Source: Candidatus Hydrogenedentes bacterium UBA2224 (GTDB lineage Bacteria > Hydrogenedentota > Hydrogenedentia > Hydrogenedentales > SLHB01). From it: DNA of 64,000 nucleotides. The first letter of the stretch is position 1, and each line of letters starts with the position of its first letter. The stretch lies in assembly GCA_002348185.1 (NCBI GenBank), contig DDYW01000058.1, forward strand, positions 5,814-69,813, read 5' to 3'. This document shows, piece after piece, positions 36,476 to 45,199 of this stretch. The notes beneath the pieces are model-generated. The model saw only the letters and a list, made by a program, of their open reading frames with translations, did not search any database and was not told where the DNA came from. The translations under genes were made by a program, and so were the position numbers.

Positions 36476-36937
36476 ATGCAGCTCAGACGCATCGTGACGG
36501 GGGGACAAACCGGCGTGGACCGCGCCGCGCTCGACGTGGCCCTGCGCCTGGGCATCGGCTGCGGCGGATGGTGTCCCCGGGGCCGCCTTGCCGAAGACGG
36601 CCCACTGCCCGCGAACTATCCTCTCAAAGAGACCCCCACGTCCGTGTACGCCGAACGCACGGAATGGAACGTCCGCGACTCGGACGGCACGCTTGTGCTC
36701 ACGTGGGGACCGCCGGCCGACGGCACCGCGTTTACGGTCGACATGGCCCGTAAACATGGCCGGCCGGTGCTCGTGATTGATCTCGAAGCGAGGGAAGCCA
36801 GCTTTGAACAGGTGCACACGTGGCTTCTCGAAAACGGCATCCGCACGCTCAACGTGGCCGGCCCGCGCGAGAGCAAATGCCCGGGGATCTACGAGGACGC
36901 GTCGGCATTCCTCGAAGCGCTGCTCTCGCGCCTGTAG
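36476..36937 (+). CDS. SLOG-fold protein of the putative molybdenum-carrier (YpsA-like) family
   Basis: 153 aa. RIVTGGQTGVDRAALDVALRLGIGCGGWCPRGRLAEDGPLPANYPLKETPTSVYAERTEWNVRDSDGTLVL matches the GGQTGxD...GGWCPxGR...RTxxNVxDSDGTL signature. Confidence 0.75.
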   Translation: MQLRRIVTGGQTGVDRAALDVALRLGIGCGGWCPRGRLAEDGPLPANYPLKETPTSVYAERTEWNVRDSDGTLVLTWGPPADGTAFTVDMARKHGRPVLVIDLEAREASFEQVHTWLLENGIRTLNVAGPRESKCPGIYEDASAFLEALLSRL

Positions 36938-36949
36938 TCGTGGCGGGCC

Positions 36950-37468
36950 TCAGTTGCCGCGGTACGGCGGGACGGCCGAGCAGCCGGGATTGACCGGTTC
37001 GTTCTTTGCGAAAATCTCTGGCGGCGCCGAGGGGCCCGGCCGGCCGCATTCACGTTCGAAGAGATCCATTAGGAACACCGCCAGACCATCGGCCCCGTGT
37101 GTCTCGATGTCCTGCCGGGTGAGGACACACACGGGTTGTCCAGCGTTGAACAGAATGACGTTGGGCGACGAGTTCACGTAATCCGGAACATATGTTCGGG
37201 CACGGGCCGTCGCTGGTATGTCGACCCCCGCGAACACGGTAAACAGCCGGTCGGGGATCACGTGATGTTGCAGAGCGCGGGTGACGCCCGGTCTGCAACT
37301 GGAGGCCGCACACCCGCACACCGAATTGATTACCAGCAGCGTGGTTCCGGGGAAATTGCTGCCCAGCGCGGCATCGACCTCGCCAGGAGTTTTCAACGGC
37401 GTAACGCCCACGTTCGACAGCTCGCGCTCCATCGGCGCAACAGCATCGAGATCGTAAAGCGATTGCAT
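36950..37468 (-). CDS. Bacilliredoxin-like protein (DUF1094/YphP-YqiW family, CGC active site)
   Basis: Track ORF to 37546; start ATG 37468 (MQSLYDLDAV) after GAGAGGAAAA. TPLKTPGEVDAAL...TLLVINSVCGCAASSCRP is the family motif. About 27-aa C-terminal extension with two extra Cys. Confidence 0.7.
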   Translation of the reverse strand: MQSLYDLDAVAPMERELSNVGVTPLKTPGEVDAALGSNFPGTTLLVINSVCGCAASSCRPGVTRALQHHVIPDRLFTVFAGVDIPATARARTYVPDYVNSSPNVILFNAGQPVCVLTRQDIETHGADGLAVFLMDLFERECGRPGPSAPPEIFAKNEPVNPGCSAVPPYRGN

Positions 37469-37606
37469 GGGATTTTCCTCTCTGCTCGCACCGCCCCTCG
37501 CATGAAGATCTCGGGGGCGCCATCGGCCTGTCCGGGCACACCTCACCCGGATGTGAACAGAACGCCGGGCGCGACCGGGGCTATTCCCGCAGACAGGGCC
37601 GCCGGA

Positions 37607-38908
37607 TCAGGTGTATTGGGGGAGATAGTCGCCGTGGGCTTCGATCAGGTCATCGCACATGGACACGATCTCGTCGATGGTGAGCTCGGCCGCGGTGTGC
37701 GGATCGAGGAGAGCGGCCTGGTAGATGTAGTCCTTCCTGCGGGTAAGCGCCGCCTCGATGGTCAGTTCCTGCACGTTGACGTTGGTGCGGGTGAGCGCGG
37801 CGCATTGGGGCGGCAGGTTGCCGACGCAGGCCGGGTGGATGCCGCTCCGATCGGCCACGCAGAGCACCTCGACGCAGCAGTTGGCGGGCAGGTTGGGGAT
37901 CAATCCGGTGTTGAGCACGTTGCCCCCGAACGTGTACGGTGCGCCGGTTTCGAGCGCGCCGAAGATGTAGGAGGCATACTCTTCGCCCCGGTCGTGGGAA
38001 AGCGATTCCTCGTTGAGCAGTAAGCCCTTCATCGCGTCCCAGGCCTCGATCTGGGCGATGCAGCGGCGGGGATATTCGTCCAAAGGGATCTGGAACCGCT
38101 CGATCAGTTCCGGGGCCTTCGCTTTGATAAACCAGGGCACATATTCGCTGGTGTGTTCACTCGACTCGGTCACGTAATACCCGAACCGCTTCATCAGTTC
38201 GAAGCGCACGTCGTCCTTGCCGCGGTTCTCCGGCAACTGGGCGCGCCGGCGGATCTCGGGATACAGGTCTTCGCCGTTGCGCGAAATGCTCAACAGCCAC
38301 CCCTGGTGATTGATCCCGGCGATCTGCCATTTGAGGTTGTCGCCGGGCAGACCCAGCATCATGCACAAATTCGTCGCGCAAACCTGCACGCTGTGGCACA
38401 GGCCCACAACGCGGACATTCGTGGCCCGCTGCAGGGCGCCCGTCAGGATGCCCATCGGATTGGTGTAATTCAGCATCAGCGCACCGGGACACACCTTCTC
38501 CATGATGCGGCAGTACTCGAGCATCACCGGGATCGTGCGCAGTCCCCGGAAGATCCCGCCGATGCCCAGGGTGTCAGCGATGGTCTGTCGCAGACCATAC
38601 TTTTTCGGGATCTCAAAATCGATCACGGTCGCGGGTTCGTAGCCGCCCACCTGAATCGCGTTGACCACATAGTCCGCGCCCTCAAGCGCCTTCGCGGCGT
38701 CTTTCGCGAGATGCGAAGTGTACGTTGCCTTCGCACCGAGGTTCTTGTTGATGTTATTCATCATCACCTCGGACACGTGCAGCCGATCCGGGTCGATGTC
38801 CACCAGCGTCACCTGCGCGTCGCGGAGGCTTTCCTCGTGCAGGCAGTCCCCCAGCACATTCTTCGCGAACACCGTACTTCCCGCGCCCAGAAAACAGATC
38901 TTTGCCAT
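37607..38908 (-). CDS. melA: Alpha-galactosidase, glycoside hydrolase family 4
   Basis: 433 aa. KICFLGAGSTVFAKNVLGD, NYTNPM, GLCHSVQ, ESSEHTSEYVPWFIK and the C-terminal AHGDYLPQY run parallel to E. coli MelA. Confidence 0.85.
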   Translation of the reverse strand: MAKICFLGAGSTVFAKNVLGDCLHEESLRDAQVTLVDIDPDRLHVSEVMMNNINKNLGAKATYTSHLAKDAAKALEGADYVVNAIQVGGYEPATVIDFEIPKKYGLRQTIADTLGIGGIFRGLRTIPVMLEYCRIMEKVCPGALMLNYTNPMGILTGALQRATNVRVVGLCHSVQVCATNLCMMLGLPGDNLKWQIAGINHQGWLLSISRNGEDLYPEIRRRAQLPENRGKDDVRFELMKRFGYYVTESSEHTSEYVPWFIKAKAPELIERFQIPLDEYPRRCIAQIEAWDAMKGLLLNEESLSHDRGEEYASYIFGALETGAPYTFGGNVLNTGLIPNLPANCCVEVLCVADRSGIHPACVGNLPPQCAALTRTNVNVQELTIEAALTRRKDYIYQAALLDPHTAAELTIDEIVSMCDDLIEAHGDYLPQYT

Positions 38909-39050
38909 GCCGGCAACCTCCTTTGAAATACCCGGCGGAATGATACGCTCGGAGAAGAAAGGACGTCAAAGCGAAACCCAAAAGAATGAGCGCCCATTAA
39001 GCTGCTGGCACATCTCACGGTCCCCCATTCGCTGAGGGAGGCAGGCGCTC

Positions 39051-39610
39051 CAGGCGGCTTGCCTGCAGTCTTGTCTTGTAACGCAGGCGTCCCGCCTGCA
39101 GTCCTATCTTCCGGGGACGATCCGGATGCAGGCGAGACGTGTGCGCTACAAGAGGCCTTGGTGGCTTGGCTGCTTTGCGTGAGGCAATTATCCCTCCCAT
39201 CTTATTTCACACCAGCAATCTGAACGCTGGCGCTCGCGTTTGAGATTGACACCGCAGGTGTCGATGCCGCGGGCGAAGCCCATCAATCCTGCGTCGTCGT
39301 TTGTCGGAACGACACCGAAGGTGTCGAATCTGAGTAGCCACGGGTGAAACCCGTGGATCGGGTGCGCGCCCCTATCCCAACCCCCGAAGTGGGTTGAACG
39401 GAAATGCATGACTGTTCCACCCCTTTCGGGGTTGGGTCGTTGTGTGGATGATCCCTGGGCTGCGCCCAGGGCTACTCAAATTGGACCCCATTCCGGGGTC
39501 CCCGGATTCCCATGTTCAGCGTCTACCGGGCTGCCCTGAAAGGGCGAGCTAGAATAGCCCAGGGCAACGCCCTGGGTTGGCGTCGCAAAACAGATACGCC
39601 CTGAAAGGGC
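39051..39610. repeat. Dense array of at least 13 short GC-rich hairpins in a 1.17-kb non-coding gap
   Basis: Hairpins, by stem and coordinates: 39051-39065 CAGGC/GCCTG; 39083-39099 GCAGGCG/CGCCTGC; 39248-39262 and 39311-39325 (same stem GACACC/GGTGTC, loops gca and gaa); 39271-39281; 39338-39356 CCACGGG-tgaaa-CCCGTGG; 39378-39396; 39419-39432; 39453-39471 CCCTGGGC-tgc-GCCCAGGG; 39484-39500; 39533-39545 and 39598-39610 (both GCCC-tgaaa-GGGC); 39558-39576 CCCAGGGC-aac-GCCCTGGG. Confidence 0.75.
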
Positions 39611-39681
39611 ATCCCGAAACCAAGAGAGACACGAAACAGACCATGTCCCAAAAGTGTTCTCAGACTCTCCTCGATATCCTC

Positions 39682-39723
39682 ATCGCGATCGGAATCGGGA
39701 TCGCGATCGTTATCGAGATCGGG
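39682..39723 (+). repeat. Hexanucleotide repeat (ATCGNN)x7 rich in GATC/CGATCG
   Basis: ATCGCG ATCGGA ATCGGG ATCGCG ATCGTT ATCGAG ATCGGG. ATCG recurs with strict 6-bp phase, with degenerate flanks from 39671 to 39727. Confidence 0.8.
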
Positions 39724-40083
39724 AATCTCCGTCCATGATCTCCCGTGATGGAGATTCGGTGAAAAGCACGCGTGAGATTGGAGCTTGGCTTGCCCTTTCA
39801 GGGCGAAGTGCGTTGGGGGATCGGTTTCCGGGGCGCCGTCACGCGTCCGCGGCTCCGCGCTCGACCGCCGGGCACGCAGCTCGTTCCTCTGGCATCGCGT
39901 CAGCGGCAGCCACATTGGCGAGCTGTTTGTCCGGCGATTCCGAAGGACCCAGCTCGTGGTGCGCGCACCGATTGTGTAGAATGGCGCGAGTCCAGCGGTA
40001 TCGCGTCAGGGCAGCCGCGTCTGTGTTGCCGGGCAGATGCCCGCGGGCTGGCAAGCCAGGATTATGAATTCAGAAGGAGCATC

Positions 40084-40953
40084 ATGATGAGTGTCTTGTG
40101 GAGCGTGGCGGTACTGGTGAGCGCGGGCGCCGCGGGTTCGGGGCCGGATGCCGTGCACTTTCAGGCGCACCGGGGCGGATTGAAAGAGGTGCCGGAAAAC
40201 ACGTTGGCCGCCTATCGGTATGCCTGGGACCTCGGGGCGATTCCTGAAGTGGACATCTGCGCGACGAAAGACGGGGTCATAATCTGTCTGCATGACAACA
40301 CCCTGAAACGGACCACCGACGCCACGGCCAACTACGACGTCCCCGTGTCGCGCCTGACCTTCGAGGAGATCCGGCACTGGGACGCGGGCGCCTGGTTCGA
40401 CCCCAAATACGCGGGCGAGAAGGTCCCAAGCCTTGAAGAAGTGCTGCAGGAAATGGCCCGCCGGAAAGACGCTCAAATCTATCTTGACCTGAAAGACGTC
40501 GACCTGGAGGCCCTGGGCCGCCTGCTCGGGAAATACGGCGTGGCGAAACGCGTGATTTTCTGCCACAACAAGGTCGAATCGTGCCGTACGATGCGCGAGG
40601 CCGTGCCGGGATTGCGCACCATGCTGTGGATCGGCGGTGACGTACCTGAGATTCAGGCGAAGTTCCGCCAGGCGGCGGCGGCGGAATTCAAGGGGCTGGA
40701 CCAGGTGCAACTCCACCTGCACGCCGACCCATCAGCCGGAAGCGGCGTCCGGTACCTCATGGACGCGGCGTTTCTCCGCGAAGCGCTGGCATTAACGCGC
40801 GAGAAGCACATCGACCTCGAGGTGCTGCCGTTCGCATTCGACTGCGCGAGCCTTTCGGGCCTGCTGGACCTCGGCATTCGCTGGTACGCCACCGACGAAC
40901 CCAAACGGTTCACGGCGTGCGTGCAGGAGTATTTCGGCGCAACCGGGGAATGA
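40084..40953 (+). CDS. Glycerophosphodiester phosphodiesterase family protein (exported)
   Basis: Track ORF 39772..40953 is over-extended through the repeat region. The real start is ATG 40084 (MMSVLWSVAVLVSAGAAG) after AAGGAG. HRGGLKEVPENTLAAY and EVDICATKDGVIICLHD are GDPD motifs. Confidence 0.8.
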   Translation: MMSVLWSVAVLVSAGAAGSGPDAVHFQAHRGGLKEVPENTLAAYRYAWDLGAIPEVDICATKDGVIICLHDNTLKRTTDATANYDVPVSRLTFEEIRHWDAGAWFDPKYAGEKVPSLEEVLQEMARRKDAQIYLDLKDVDLEALGRLLGKYGVAKRVIFCHNKVESCRTMREAVPGLRTMLWIGGDVPEIQAKFRQAAAAEFKGLDQVQLHLHADPSAGSGVRYLMDAAFLREALALTREKHIDLEVLPFAFDCASLSGLLDLGIRWYATDEPKRFTACVQEYFGATGE

Positions 40954-41013
40954 CGCGGTTGTGATGCCGGTCATCCAGAGCGCCCCGTTCCGGACAGCGC
41001 CGCTGGACCGTGG

Positions 41014-41163
41014 CTATTCCTGTTCTTCCTCGCCGTTGCCGGCCAGACGCCGAAGCATGTGCTTGATGTCCATTGCACCGCGAATGGCGACATAGACGGT
41101 GATGGTCGAATACCAGACCACACACCCCATCGTCGCAAGAAACCAGAACCAGTGTTCAGGCAT
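41014..41163 (-). CDS. Small membrane protein (49 aa) coupled to the SSS transporter
   Basis: ATG 41163 lies 5 nt after the transporter TAA (41169-41171), with GAGAGGA spanning the transporter stop. MPEHWFWFLATMGCVVWYSTITVYVAIRGAMDIKHMLRRLAGNGEEEQE has one TM plus a charged tail. The track ORF 41014..41352 extension is antisense-free but lacks an RBS. Confidence 0.45.
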   Translation of the reverse strand: MPEHWFWFLATMGCVVWYSTITVYVAIRGAMDIKHMLRRLAGNGEEEQE

Positions 41164-41168
41164 GGCAA

Positions 41169-42650
41169 TTATCCTCTCGCCGCAACGGGTTTTGTCTGGG
41201 GCTTGAGCAGCGACCCGACCACCATGGCCGTAGCGGCAATGATGTACGTTGCGATGTTGGAGTACTCGGGACCGACGACAACCTTGGCGAAATGCTGAGT
41301 GCTGGGCAACTGTTCCATGACAAGAAATGCGGTCGGGATGACAGCGCCGCAAATGATGGCGCCGGCCGCGCCCCAGCTATTGGCCCGTTTCCAGTAGCAG
41401 CAGGCCACCAGCAGCACCGACATGCTGGAGAGGTAAATGTTGCCGGTAACTCTGAGGTAGTCCCACAGGCTCCCCTGCAAGGGATACCACAGGCCGTACA
41501 CCAGCAGAAAGACACCGATGATGGCGACGATCGAGCGGCTCACGATCAGGCCGCGCTTTTCGGACCATTGGTTTTTATGGAACGGCGCGAGAATGTCGTT
41601 GTAGATCACGCTGGACCACGTGATCATGTAGGACGCGTCAGTGGACATGTCGGCGGCCAGCATGGCGGCGACCAGGATGCCCATCAGGCCCACGGGGGTA
41701 AGCCGGCTCAGCATCGTGGGCATGGCCAGCAAGGTGTTATCGCCGACGTCCTCGGGCTTGAGCACGGCGAGGGCCGCGATACCCCACACCACCGGAATGA
41801 GCCACCGGCACAGGAAGAACACGCTGGTGCGGGTGTACACCTGGCACCCGGTTTTCGTGTCCTTGGCGGCCAGCAAGCGCTGGATGGTGGTCTGCCAGGT
41901 CAAGACCATGGCCAGGCTGAGCAGGGCGTTGTCGGCGATGTATTTCCACCCCATATCGGGTTTGACCAGGGGGTTGAACCCGCCGGCTCCGTAGTTCTTC
42001 TGCACGGCAGCCACAAGCTCGCTCCAGCCGACATTGACCAGAATCAGAATAGTCACGGCGAGCAGGCCGCCGCTCATGACCACGAATTGCAGGAAATCCG
42101 TGACCAGCACGGACAACATGCCGCCCAGCACGGTGTAAATGGCCACAAACAAGAGAAGCGCCGTCATGGTGATCTCGAGGTATTTCGGGTCAAACCCGCA
42201 GACGGCCACAAGGAAGTCGCCGCCGGTGCGCAGGAAGACGCCCATGTTGAGCAGGCCGCCCAGCACAATGACGACGCCAGCCGCCCACCGGATACGCGGT
42301 CCGTAGCGCTTCTCGAACAGTTCCGGGATGGTGATTACGCCTGCATCACGCAACGGTTTCACGCAGAACCCCGTGTAGCCCACAAAGAACATGGCCAGCA
42401 TCGCAAGGATGCCCGGGGTGGCGCCGGCAAACCCATTCTTGTACCCGTTCTGCGACGTGTACATGCACGTCACGATGCCGAATTCGGTGGCCGCAAGCGA
42501 CGCGATGCCGAGATACAGGTTCATCTCGCGGCCGGCAATGAGGAAATGCTCGACTTTGCCGACATACTTTCGCACCGCGATTCCCGCAATCATCGTGGCC
42601 ACGATGTACAGGCCCACAATGCTCCCGTCGATCCATGAGAAGTTCGTCAT
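41169..42650 (-). CDS. Sodium:solute symporter (SSS) family transporter
   Basis: Track ORF to 43061; start ATG 42650 (MTNFSWIDGSIVGLYIVATMIAG). About 13 TM. FLIAGREMNLYLGIASLAATEFG is the SSS N-terminal signature. Confidence 0.85.
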   Translation of the reverse strand: MTNFSWIDGSIVGLYIVATMIAGIAVRKYVGKVEHFLIAGREMNLYLGIASLAATEFGIVTCMYTSQNGYKNGFAGATPGILAMLAMFFVGYTGFCVKPLRDAGVITIPELFEKRYGPRIRWAAGVVIVLGGLLNMGVFLRTGGDFLVAVCGFDPKYLEITMTALLLFVAIYTVLGGMLSVLVTDFLQFVVMSGGLLAVTILILVNVGWSELVAAVQKNYGAGGFNPLVKPDMGWKYIADNALLSLAMVLTWQTTIQRLLAAKDTKTGCQVYTRTSVFFLCRWLIPVVWGIAALAVLKPEDVGDNTLLAMPTMLSRLTPVGLMGILVAAMLAADMSTDASYMITWSSVIYNDILAPFHKNQWSEKRGLIVSRSIVAIIGVFLLVYGLWYPLQGSLWDYLRVTGNIYLSSMSVLLVACCYWKRANSWGAAGAIICGAVIPTAFLVMEQLPSTQHFAKVVVGPEYSNIATYIIAATAMVVGSLLKPQTKPVAARG

Positions 42651-43023
42651 GACAATCCCCTGTGTTCTTCTGGTTCGCTGCCGTCCGTCTCGACCCAGGC
42701 CGACGGACAGGCACCCCCAAGGGTCAAAACTGGCCGCATGGTATATGTTTTGGACAGCACGGAGCAAATCCATTGTTCCCCGTACTTCTCCGGCGCGCCG
42801 TTTGAGGCGCCGGACGTCCGCCCGCCGGATTGGCCAGGAGGGTTGACGATTTGCTAGACTGGCACCAGGATGGCGCGGGGGACAAGACGCGTTCTCCGGA
42901 CATCGAATTGGGAAAGGCGCTGAGCTTCGCCCGGGAGGCTCGGGCCGTTCAAGAAAAGCCACGCCGTCTGTGTGTTCGCGATACGGACTCTCGGACGGGT
43001 AGATGCATGGAAAGGCGAACCGT

Positions 43024-43899
43024 ATGCAGGTCGTGCTCGGGTTTGACATGGAGACCGACATCGGGAGCTGGACGCCCTTCTACGAGGGCATCGTCCACGG
43101 CACGCCCGTCATCCTGGACATCCTGGAACGGCGCGGGGTGACCGCCACGTTCTTCTTCACGGGCGACGGGGCGCGAAAACACCCCGAGACTGTGCGCAGT
43201 GTCCTGGACCGGGGCCACGAGATCGGCGCGCACACGCTGTTTCACGAGACCATCGGCGATTCCCTGTTTGACATCCCGGGGATGATGCCGGTCCTGGAAC
43301 ATGAGGTCCCGGAACGGTTGCGCCTGTGCACCGAATGGATCGAAGACGTGGCCGGGGTACGCCCGGTATCGTTCCGGTGCCCGCGGCTTTTTGGGTCAAC
43401 CGCCGTGGTCACGGCGCTCGACCGCCTGGGGTATGTGGCGGACGCGACCTATCCGATGTATTACTACCGCGAACGCTTGCGTCCCTATCATCCCAGCCGC
43501 GAGGACTGGACGCAGGAGGGCGATCTCCGAATTGTTGAGTTACCCGCGTTTGCCGATCTTTCGATGGAATCGACGGACCCGTACGGACGGGACATGGACC
43601 AGTGGCCGCTGTTCCGCACGGAAGGGGCCCACGCGCTGATGCGGCACATCGACGGATTCGCGGGGTATTGCCAGGCCCGGGCCGTCGATCCCTTCCTGTG
43701 CTTCTATTTTCATCCGTGGGAATTCCATCCGATGCCGCAGGGCGAGATTTCCTACGGCGAGGGGGCGGTTCGCCCGGACCCGTTCATCGTGAAGAACTGC
43801 GGACCGCGCGCCGCGGAGCAATTGGACCTTTTGATTGAAACGCTCCTGCAACAGGGAGCGCGGTTTTTGCAGGCCCATCAAGCAGCGAAGGAGATATGA
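43024..43899 (+). CDS. Polysaccharide deacetylase (CE4) family protein
   Basis: Start ATG 43024 (MQVVLGFDMETD) or 43003. FDMETD, ATFFFTGD and HEIGAHTLFHE are NodB-domain metal and catalytic motifs. Confidence 0.75.
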   Translation: MQVVLGFDMETDIGSWTPFYEGIVHGTPVILDILERRGVTATFFFTGDGARKHPETVRSVLDRGHEIGAHTLFHETIGDSLFDIPGMMPVLEHEVPERLRLCTEWIEDVAGVRPVSFRCPRLFGSTAVVTALDRLGYVADATYPMYYYRERLRPYHPSREDWTQEGDLRIVELPAFADLSMESTDPYGRDMDQWPLFRTEGAHALMRHIDGFAGYCQARAVDPFLCFYFHPWEFHPMPQGEISYGEGAVRPDPFIVKNCGPRAAEQLDLLIETLLQQGARFLQAHQAAKEI

Positions 43900-43900
43900 T

Positions 43901-45058
43901 ATGCAGGCGATTGCCAAGGCGGAATACAAAGAGCGGCTCGAGAAACTCCAGCGGAACATCCGGCAAGCCGGCCTCGACGCGGCCCTGGTGCATTCCAACG
44001 AGGCCGATTTCGCGAACGTGCGGTACCTGACCGAATACTGGCCGACGTTTGAGTCGGCGGGGGTGTTCGTGCCCGCGAAAGGGAAACCCGTCCTGATCAT
44101 CGGCCCGGAAAGCGAGGCCTACGCTCAGGGGCGCAGCGTGGTTCCGGACATCGCGATGATGGTCGAATATCGCGAGTCGGCGGATCCGGAATACCCCGGC
44201 ATTCCCGTGGCGAATTACCAGGACGTGGTGCGCAAGGCGATGGGCCGGCGCAGCCTCAAGAAACTCGGCCTCGTGGGCTTCTCGATCATGCCGCTTCCCG
44301 TGTACTTCAGCCTGCAGCGCGAGTTGCCGGGCGTCAAACTCGTGAAAGCGGACGAGACATTGACCAGCCTGCGCGCCAGCAAGAGCGCAAACGAAATCCG
44401 GTTGATGAAGAAGGCGTACCAGATCAGCGAAAAAGCGATCGAAGCCATCCTGGCCGAGATGAAGCCCGGCATGACCGAGCTGCAGGTGATCGGCATCGCG
44501 CAACGCGAAATCTACAAGCACGGGGGCGAATACGAAGGCCATGCCCTCTACTGCTTCAGCGGCCCCGGCACAAAGCACGCCATCTCGCGCCCGACGCACA
44601 CGAAGCTCAAACGCAACGAGATCATCCAGCTCAACATCGGGGCGCGCGTCGGCGGCTATTCCTCGAGCGTCGGGCTCCCGTGCTCGATTGGCAAGCTCCC
44701 CCCGCGCAAGAAGCGCCTGGTCGAGTTCGGCCTCGAAGCCCACATCAAGACCTTCGAACTGATGCGGGGCGGCAAGCCCGCCGCCGAAGTGGTGCGCGAA
44801 TACGAGGAATGGGTTGAACGCCGGGGCTTCCGGAAATACATGCTCTACGGGCCCTGCCATGGGATCGGCATGATGGAAGTCGAGCGCCCCTGGATGGAGT
44901 CCACGTCAACCTACACGCTCCAGGAAAACATGACGTTCCAGGTCGACACGTTTTTCCAGGACAAGGATTTTGGATTGCGCTGGGAGAACGGCGCCCGCAT
45001 CACGAAGACCGGCGTCGAGAAACTGTCCAAACAGTTTCAGCGCCTGGTCGAGTTGTAA
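43901..45058 (+). CDS. M24 family peptidase (Xaa-Pro aminopeptidase/creatinase-like)
   Basis: Track ORF from 43835; start ATG 43901 after AAGGAG, 1 nt after the CE4 stop. Creatinase-type N domain, then the pita-bread motifs IIQLNIGARVGGY, GPCHGIGMMEVE and TFQVDTF. Confidence 0.8.
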   Translation: MQAIAKAEYKERLEKLQRNIRQAGLDAALVHSNEADFANVRYLTEYWPTFESAGVFVPAKGKPVLIIGPESEAYAQGRSVVPDIAMMVEYRESADPEYPGIPVANYQDVVRKAMGRRSLKKLGLVGFSIMPLPVYFSLQRELPGVKLVKADETLTSLRASKSANEIRLMKKAYQISEKAIEAILAEMKPGMTELQVIGIAQREIYKHGGEYEGHALYCFSGPGTKHAISRPTHTKLKRNEIIQLNIGARVGGYSSSVGLPCSIGKLPPRKKRLVEFGLEAHIKTFELMRGGKPAAEVVREYEEWVERRGFRKYMLYGPCHGIGMMEVERPWMESTSTYTLQENMTFQVDTFFQDKDFGLRWENGARITKTGVEKLSKQFQRLVEL

Positions 45059-45199
45059 GCGGCCCGGCCCGGGGTGTCCGGCAGCCGCGGTGGACCGTGT
45101 GCCGTCAAGAAGGCGTGTCCATTTTGGGGTCGTGTCAGCAAGCATTGCCTGAATCGCAGCGTCTGATCGGGGAGCGACACCGGAAAGGGGCCAACGCAT

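Noticed and set aside
39772-40083. The 104-aa N-terminal extension of the GDPD ORF, and small ORFs in the 39-kb gap (39015..39200, 39188..39409, 39523..39915, 39654..40067).
   Set aside because: They translate hairpin and hexamer repeats into low-complexity sequence. The GDPD gene has a strong AAGGAG-ATG start and signal peptide at 40084.
42651-43023. Possible riboswitch in the SSS transporter leader (hairpin CCGTCCGTC...GACGGACAG at about 42683-42711).
   Set aside because: No match to guanidine (ykkC, mini-ykkC), glycine, proline-related or other riboswitch cores that I can recognise. It is probably another generic GC hairpin.
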